A stretch of 56,541 nt of DNA, the filler included, from Sphacelaria rigidula (lineage: Eukaryota), in NCBI GenBank assembly GCA_964200075.2. It is 7 parts of 7 records of this genome, joined end to end, with 100 filler letters (N's around TTAATTAATTAA, not from the genome) between each part and the next. Parts side by side here need not be neighbours in the genome. Positions count along the whole stretch, not along the records: positions 48,552 to 56,541 come from CAXNAA020012722.1; 6 more parts are not named here. The stretch is one strand, 5' to 3'. Below the pieces are notes generated by a model, which did no database searches, was not told the DNA's origin, and saw only the letters and a list, made by a program, of their open reading frames with translations. Position 1 is the stretch's first letter, and each line of letters begins with the position of its first letter. Positions 48,900-56,541 of this stretch are shown piece by piece. The translations under genes and the position numbers were made by a program.

Positions 48900-49375
48900 A
48901 TGATTCAAACAGCATGAATCATATATATATATATATATGTATATTGCACCTTCCATTCACACGCGGTGGATCAAGCATACATGTTTCCTCTTTCATCCAT
49001 GCAGCATGAATCATAGGCACGCGCTCTGCACATTCTCTTCATAAGAGGTGAATCACACGTACATGTTCATCAATTTCCGTTCGTTCAGCATGAATCATAC
49101 GTACAGGTTCTCCGCCTTCCATTCATACGAGGTGAATCAAGCGTACATGTCTCCCATTATCCGTTCATGCAGCATGAATCGTACATGTTCCCTACCTCTG
49201 ATCCATACGAGATGAATCAAGTGTACATGTTTCTCACCCAAGATTTACACATGAGGTGCGATTCGTACATATTTCGCACTTTTGATTCGTCTGGTACTAC
49301 GTGGAGTTACACATTCCCCGTCCGTGATTCATACCGGATGACTCTTTGGTACATGATTCGCGTTCAACATTCATG
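48900..49375. repeat. 42-bp (84-bp dimeric) degenerate array with dyad core
   Basis: TGAATC at 49007, 49049, 49091, 49133, 49175 and 49213. TTCATGCAGCATGAA alternates with ATTCATACGAGGTGAAT, usually followed by TACATGT. Confidence 0.8.
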
Positions 49376-51003
49376 GGGAAGCAAGCCGTACGAACTCTCA
49401 TTCGTCCCAACCGTGATAGATTGGCACTTTCAGGGTTGGCGACAAGCAGTATACATCGAGCGTCGAGATGAAAAATTCGAAGAAAAGCGGGAAATCGAAA
49501 CAGACCAATATCGTGACCACCTGTCTGTACTAAAAACGACATGTAAACAATGTTATTCTCGCCGTGTTTCATTTCCGAGCACACGTCTTTGCGTGCAGCG
49601 AGAAATCTGTGACGGCCTTGCATCAACTTGCACGCCGCCAGCTGCTGCTTTGTTCAGTGCAGCCGTGCACAAATGGCAACTTCGCGTTGGAAGAGCGAGC
49701 GCTCTGTACACTTCGAGTTGCAGAGAGCGAAATCACAGATGAAAGTCGGCTGTTTTGTGTCTGATGGTTCCAGCATACAGTCGGAAGCGTGGAGAGCGAT
49801 TTCATTTTCGTGAAAACACTGGCTGGTCAAGCTGATGTTTTCCCCCTGACTGCCTATAGCTGCTGAACACAAGACACATCATTCAGGCAAGCGTTTCACT
49901 GCTGTTGCTATGGTATGTGGCGGCCACAACTGCTGCTGTCCGCAATCTCGTACGCTGATGTTCGCAAGGGCGGTGAACGTGGTGTGGTAGGTCATGCGGC
50001 GAGTGCTTCCCAAACAACAGCTGCTGTTTTTGCACTACACTCGTGCAGCAAGAGAAGCACTGTCACCGGAACAAGAGCTTCCACAAATAAACACCGACCA
50101 CTCGAAAAGTGTACTACTTTCATCGCACGCTAAATATGGGCCGGGTCATTATTTTGAGGTGACGTGCGTATTTTTGATCGATACGATTGGCTCCATTACG
50201 GATCATTTTTTATTGTAGACAGGTGTCCATGACCACTTTCCCGAAATATAGTACCCAAAATCGAGCCTCATCCACTCCCATAACTGTGACCGTATAAAAT
50301 TTCGTGATGTATTGTTTGTTCCGTCTTCCGTAAAACGAACGAGGCGCTGGTCACACCCATCGTTTCTACGCCGTACTACAGTAATCACTATGCCGTGGTG
50401 CGTTCGATCCCTCTACAAGCCCGGTTGAATCTACGCTGGAGAGTGCCTGAACTGCTGTAATACTGCTGTTTTCGGGTCTGTACAGGATTGAGGTGGGACC
50501 AAAGTGATGTCTATACAAAATTAGAAAAACCGCATCATGGCTGTGCAGCTGTTAGTTGGGTCTTTTTCGGTGCTTGAGTTGTAGTCGGGTGCTGTGATCG
50601 GGGAAGACATGCAAGGCGGGTGCCTGCGGGTCAGAGTAAACGAAGTGAGCCACCACGGATCTGTATCCTGAGCGATTGATGATTGTAGCTATCTGTCTCG
50701 CAGCGGCAACGTATGGGCCAATCAAAGCCATTTTGCAACTCACATGCATATATATCGTTGCTCTCGTGTGATTTGTGGGAGGTCCCCGCATTTTGGTGCT
50801 TTGAAACGCTCTAATAAGTTCAAAATGTTGTAACTCATCTTTTTTACCTCTATCTGTGGGCCCTGTGCCTTACCATACCGCCGAAAGTCGTGATCCATGA
50901 AGTCATATTCGGATGATGGAGCCAGTAAGTTGCAGGTAATTTTATTTTCAACACACGATGACACCGCGTTCTTGCCTATTTTTTGCCCCATGTATGAAGT
51001 TGG

Positions 51004-51400
51004 TCACCCCGGTGGCTCAGTTGGTAACCTCGACACCTTCTGACGGTCGGGTGATGGGTTCGAATCTCGGTGTAGTCACACGATCTGGGTTTTTTTTCCC
51101 ACACAAAGCCCAAAAGTGGAGAGCGACTATGTCGTGAGTACACAAAGATTCGACTTCACGATCGACGACGGAAATGGACCGCTGAACCCCTCTCGCGACA
51201 AAAAATAAAAAACACACCGCAGACGGAAGATGGGATACTGAAACAAAACGAAAGAAGGAAAAACCTCTGTGTTGGCCTTCCCCCTGTATGACCCCGGCTG
51301 ATGCACCCACATAAACCGAAATGTGTAGACTGGCGCCCAGAATAGATGAGATGACAACACCCACACACAACATACATCTATGCCGGCTGCTCAATTGTTC
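51004..51400 (+). mobile_element. tRNA-derived SINE
   Basis: A-box TGGCTCAGTTGG (51013-51024) and B-box GGTTCGAATC (51057-51066). The body has partial copies at 8094 and 19055. Confidence 0.8.
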
Positions 51401-52383
51401 TCCTGTACTGTATCTGGGTATTTACCCGTTTGTTCTAAACTCACGCCAAAAGTAATACCGAACCCTGGGCTTCCGGAGCATCCACCCCGGCGGCTTGTCT
51501 GCTATGTGCTATATTGTAGTATGGGTCATCCTGTCGTAGTAACCCCGCCCCCTCTGGTGCAGCTCCGCCGGTGTGAAGACGGGGAATTCTCGAATTTGCC
51601 ATTGCTTTAGGAAGATTCCACTTGACACTGCCCGAAACGCTTCAGAACCCAGCTGGAAGAAACAGCAACGCCCTCGGACATTTTTCAGCGACATAAGACC
51701 ACTTCTTAGGCGAGGCTACTTTGTGCGCGTCAAAAAATAAGTCTAATTCAAAACTGCATTTTGGCCCTTCTGCGTCTAATCACGCTCGAAGAGAGGACCA
51801 GGCGGATTTTGACACCTTGCCATGACCTGTTGGTCTCGTTGAGACGGTGTTCCAGGGCACCTGTGCCTTTTCTGGTGGCCGCGCTTTTTTCGCCAAGCTT
51901 ACATTTTCAATAACGAACGATCAAGTTGTCAAAAAAAACGGGGGGGGCACTTCCAGTTTCTTGTAAACTTGATCATGTGTGACTGAAAAGACAAGCTCGG
52001 TGAAAAAGTGAACTACGGCCGCCGGAAAACGTAAAGATGCCCTGGAATAGTCTCAACGAGTAGAGCAAATCGTTCCAAGGTGCCAACATCCGCCTAGCCT
52101 TAGTTTCGGACGTAAAACGACGCAGAAGGGTCAAAAAGGCGAATGTCAAAAAGATTTTTTTGTACACACACGAGGCCTCTTCTTACGGTACGAAGAAATG
52201 TCTATCCAGGAGAAGTACCCTTTTGCATCATTTCGCGCCCGGAAAGAGGTCCATTAATAGGTGATTTTGACACCCCGGAATAATTTGCTATACCCTTCGA
52301 AATGTTTCCAGATCACCTTTGCGCAATCCGTTGGCCGCGATTGTCTTACTGGCCAAATTTTCAATTTCCCGGACAATCGGTCA

Positions 52384-52646
52384 AGTAGGCTGATTTTTCC
52401 GCCTCGGAAGGATTGGTGTGATTGGTGTGATTGGTGTGCTACCCTAGGGAATTCTGGCGCACTTTCGCCTTTTTTTCGCTGCACGCAGTTCGACCTTGGG
52501 GCGGATAATAACATCTGCCTGGAAATGTACCCAATCCGTCCCAAGATCAAACTGCGTGCAGCGAAAAAAGGCGGAAGTGCGTCGGGATTCCCTCGAGCAG
52601 CACACCAATCACACCAATCCTTCCGAGATGGAAAAATCGGCCAACT
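52384..52646. repeat. Foldback: ~120-bp diverged arms with (GATTGGTGT)n
   Basis: CTCGGAAGGATTGGTGTG...CGCTGCACGCAGTT pairs with AACTGCGTGCAGCG...CACACCAATCCTTCCGAG. Confidence 0.85.
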
Positions 52647-55600
52647 CGTAGCTCTTTTTTCGGGCAAAACTCGTCGCGGAAGGGTCAATGAAGCCCTTCT
52701 AAATAACCCGAAAGATACCTTCTTTCCGACCATAAGAAACAGCCCAACTCAGATAATTCCAGGTGATGTTTCTGCTTTTCTCGCCAGAGTCGGATTGCTT
52801 CGTGAGATATTTCCGCTTCGGACGGGAGAAACTGACGGAAATCCGTAGTGTCACATCCGACAAGGGAGAATAAAATGTTTGGATGAGGGGCAACGAGGAA
52901 GCTTTGCTCTTCACCTGCCTATTTTGTGACGAGCAGCAAGTCGACGAGCTCTTCGACCTGTGGAAACGGCATATTTTTGTGTCAACTGTACGAAAAATTA
53001 GGGGCTACACTGTTCTGCATGCTGGGTACTATTGGTAAATGCGCCAAATACATGGCACGCACTACGGGAGGAATATTAACTCGCTTTTTCAGCTTTGCCT
53101 GCTGCCTTAGGTCGTGTTATCAAATAACGCACATTGCTGAACCAAAAAACAAACAATATGCAGAGACAGTCACGGCTTCCCTTGTCGTCTGCAGCGGATG
53201 CTTATGACGCACAGATCATTTGTGGTGCTCGTGTTGCCTTCGGCCGTTTGGAAAAAGTGAGCTGTACTTACTGGCTGTATTGTGTCTGTCATCGCCAAGT
53301 ACAGCTACAGCTGCCGTAGTACTGACAGTAAGAAAGACAGGACCAGACAACACCGCAACATGACGAAATCCCTCCACCAACTGTGACATATCCAGGAAGA
53401 TAGAGAGACAGCCCAGTCACCACTTGAAACTACAGCGCCATACTTGTACACACAGTATACAGGCAACAAAGCAGTACAGGCATGAGTACAGTGAAAGATA
53501 GCGGTCTCGAGGTATGGCAGCACGCCCACGAAAATGTCAGCTCTCCGAAAGAATTGGCAGAGAGCGTGTCGTTTGAGTATGTAGCAGCAGTAGTGGCAGA
53601 GAGCGTGCATGAATTGCAATTCATGACCCCAACAAGATAGTATAACACCGGAGTCGAGCCCTGATCGTATAAATATCCTGTGCATGCTCTTCAACTCCAT
53701 CTACGAGGGGGCTCGGTGGTCGGGGAGTGAGTGGCCATATAACCATGTGTGGTTTGCGAGTAGGTTGGTTCTCGTGACAACACGAACAAGTCCCTGAGCC
53801 GTAAACCAGCATCAGGAACATGATATCATATCCGCCAGAAACGCGAGGAACTCGTGTGTCCAATATGTATCCGGGGTGCTGCAAACCGCCGAACGAGTGT
53901 CTGGGTGGTGGTAGTAGTCCTAGTAGTACTGGAACTAGCGCTGGCCTGACCCCGACAACAAAACCGACAGACCTCCGTGAGGGCTTCAGGTCACGAGGCC
54001 GTACACAATCAAGGTCATGAGAGCAGGTTGGTACTCAGCTATCTGGAGACAGCCCTCTTGCAGCTACAAGATAACTACGACCCCCAACTCTCCAGGAGAG
54101 GCGGTTCGTGCGCGGAGGTGTATTTGTAGCTTAAGATATGCCGCAGTAACTGAGCAATGATGAAGTGTCGCGCCTGGGTGAGGCTTGTTGCCCAATACTG
54201 TATCGCTGTTGTTTCTACTTCAAAGCTGTTCCCAGTTGCACGAATGTGTGCATGTTTTTTCATATTTAGCCCGAGAAAAGTCGATTAAAGTCAAAGTCAT
54301 TGAACTAGCTCGAGCTACCACTTCTGGCCCCCAACGCTTTGGTCGTCAGCACAACACATGTATATTAAACGTGTGGGGTCAAGTACAGCAACAGACGACC
54401 CTTAGAGACTCTAATGAGTCATTATCTTGATCAACGGATGACATGCTAGGCCTGAACAAGGCTGCTGCTGGAGATGATGCTGATGCTGTGGGCCGAGGGG
54501 ATGACGCCGACAACGAGCTTGCGTCGGAAAGCTGGCTGGACGGAGATGAAACGCTTGTTGCTCTCGGCACTGCCTCACGTGAGTCCTTGATTTTTCTCCA
54601 GCTCGTGGGTGGTGGTTATGCGTGTCGCTTCTCGTCCGTCGTGTTGTTCCCCACCAATCTAAAACCCATATTGTGCACTTTCGGCACTTCATGTACAATA
54701 CTGCTGATGTCTACTATTGTATATGCATTTATGTCGCCGGAATTGTGATGTGATGCAACCGGCGAGAGGATGTTGATTATTGTTACTGCTCATCCGACTA
54801 CCGCGTAGCCGGTTGATTCACTTGGCGAAGTCTAGGCCTTTGGTTTTGCCAGTGGGTAGAAAAAGATATGCCTTGCGATTTTCGGGCACCTCAGGGGAGA
54901 GGGGTCAGCGACATTTTTTATGGAAAATCCAGCTAAAAATGGCCCTTATTCCGATTCTGCTGTGTCGTCGTTGACATGTCGACCCCATAATTATTCGACT
55001 GCGTGCTTCGTCTCGGCACAGAATCTCCGGCTCCGCTTGACTGTCCTGGGTGTGAATGTGGACGAGGTGTACACTCATGTACTATTAATCGTGCATACCG
55101 TGCTCAAAATACGATTGACCTTGCATCCATACAAATCCGGGACAAAGCACGCCGGGTTTTCGCCACCGGGGCGCGCGCGGAGGTGGGAAGGGGGGAGACA
55201 GGTTAGATACCCAAATCGAGCGAGAAAGCCGCCAGATCAATCATTTCAGGTCGTGCGGCAAGCTGAGGGTGGAGAACAATCATCAATTTTGATAGTTTGA
55301 TTGTGCGGACGGTTCATTATATTCCCGTACGGATTGACCTTCATCGACTATCTCGCAGTCTGACTTTCAATGCCTTTCAATGCCGCGTTTGACCATTTCT
55401 GTAGTGACCACGACACTGCTCAAGCACACAAATCAAGAAGTGATTATTGGTATTCGCGCACTCTCCGCTACCTGCTTTCCTACTGCCAAGACAGCTGCAC
55501 GGTGTTGTAGCAGAACACGCCGCAAAGAAAGAAACAATATAGACTGTGTGCAGCGGAGATCGATGACACACGGCCCATCTTGTACTGTTGGACTGAGAGT

Positions 55601-56469
55601 TCTTAGCTCTTGGAGCCAAATAAATCACTGAGTGCCGTGTCTAGCGGATCTTCCAAAAACCTGTGACTGAACAAAGTGCACATCAGCCGATGCCTTCAAT
55701 CAGCTATTTTCCGCAAATAACCTACCATAAAGATGCCAAACAATCCTGTGCGATATTCCCCCACTAGCTGCCTGCCTCGTACAATCGGGGTTGGTGGTTT
55801 TCTTGTAGCTTGAGTACTGCTGTCCACGCATCTTCTATGAGCTAAATCTCGTCCACGACGCACACACTACATCACAGTGCAGAAACCAGTATGCACCCCG
55901 TCGAAGGCCACGTCATCAACAACAACCTCCTCTGTACACGCGTAATACCCGACGCCGTGAGCTCCCATTTCGCCAGTCGGGGTATGTTGTGGGGGTGATA
56001 TTACAGGCAAGATCTCAACGTTGTAGCTTGTGTTTTCCTTAGCCTCTGTGTGCTGGGTGCCACCTCTAGTTAACGCTGTTGCTTACTATTATATCACGCA
56101 CAACAGATGTCCTCGAATGTTGTCGGCGAGTCTTCTGGTCGGTTATTGCTTCCGAGCTGTATAACAGACTTTACTCTCAACGTGCCTAGCAGAGGTCATG
56201 GAGTGGATATTCGGATTCCACACTGTTACTGTCGACAAATTCGCGGACGAGTTATGGTGGCCGATGTCTAGACTGACGTACCACCCCCTGAATCCACCGG
56301 GGGTGTTGTTCCTTAGAGATACTGTACACGGATCGCCGGCTTGTTTCTGAAGTCCGGACTAGCACGGCAAATGTGCCCTATGGCGAGGCGGCGGGAAATG
56401 CGTGGCACACAGGAACTGACATAACCTTGGCGCGACACCGCTGTTAATGGTATGAATTGAGGTTCGTTG

Positions 56470-56541
56470 GGATGTACTCATGATCATGCCTGCCATAGTC
56501 ATCAGACCATTGACCTCGCATCCCTACACAGCCGGGACGGA
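56470..56541 (-). mobile_element. LINE 3' end, subfamily B
   Basis: TGTACTCATGATCATG...AGACCATTGACCTCGCATCCCTACA matches 24055-24122. Sits at the window/contig edge. Confidence 0.65.

Noticed and set aside
51004..51080. tRNA gene
   Set aside because: A and B boxes are present, but there is no proper cloverleaf and the sequence continues into a multi-copy SINE body.

Overview
This is eukaryotic, repeat-rich DNA, most likely from a brown alga (Phaeophyceae). That assignment is inferred from long GT-AG introns, TTAGGG-type repeats, and LINE/SINE ends that I recall from Ectocarpus-like genomes; it was not database-checked. The window is not one locus. It consists of seven unrelated contigs of 7993, 7992, 7992, 7992, 7991, 7991 and 7990 bp, joined by artificial 100-nt N44-TTAATTAATTAA-N44 linkers, so no synteny should be read across linkers. 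The only confidently identified host gene is three phase-0 exons of an ABCF1/ABC50-like ATPase (21084-22849). The rest is mainly mobile or repeat DNA: seven 3' ends of a LINE family ending in a C-run, a tRNA-derived SINE, a TA-flanked pogo/Tc1-type MITE, two hAT-type MITEs, a Tc1/mariner transposase fragment and several long foldback palindromes. There is also a decayed multi-exon gene of unknown family. The most unusual pattern is three sequence-unrelated arrays on different contigs that share a ~42-bp period (about four helical turns) and dyad-symmetric cores; one of them lies inside a hAT-type MITE. I found no cas, RT or nuclease gene that would make these a demonstrated guide-RNA system.
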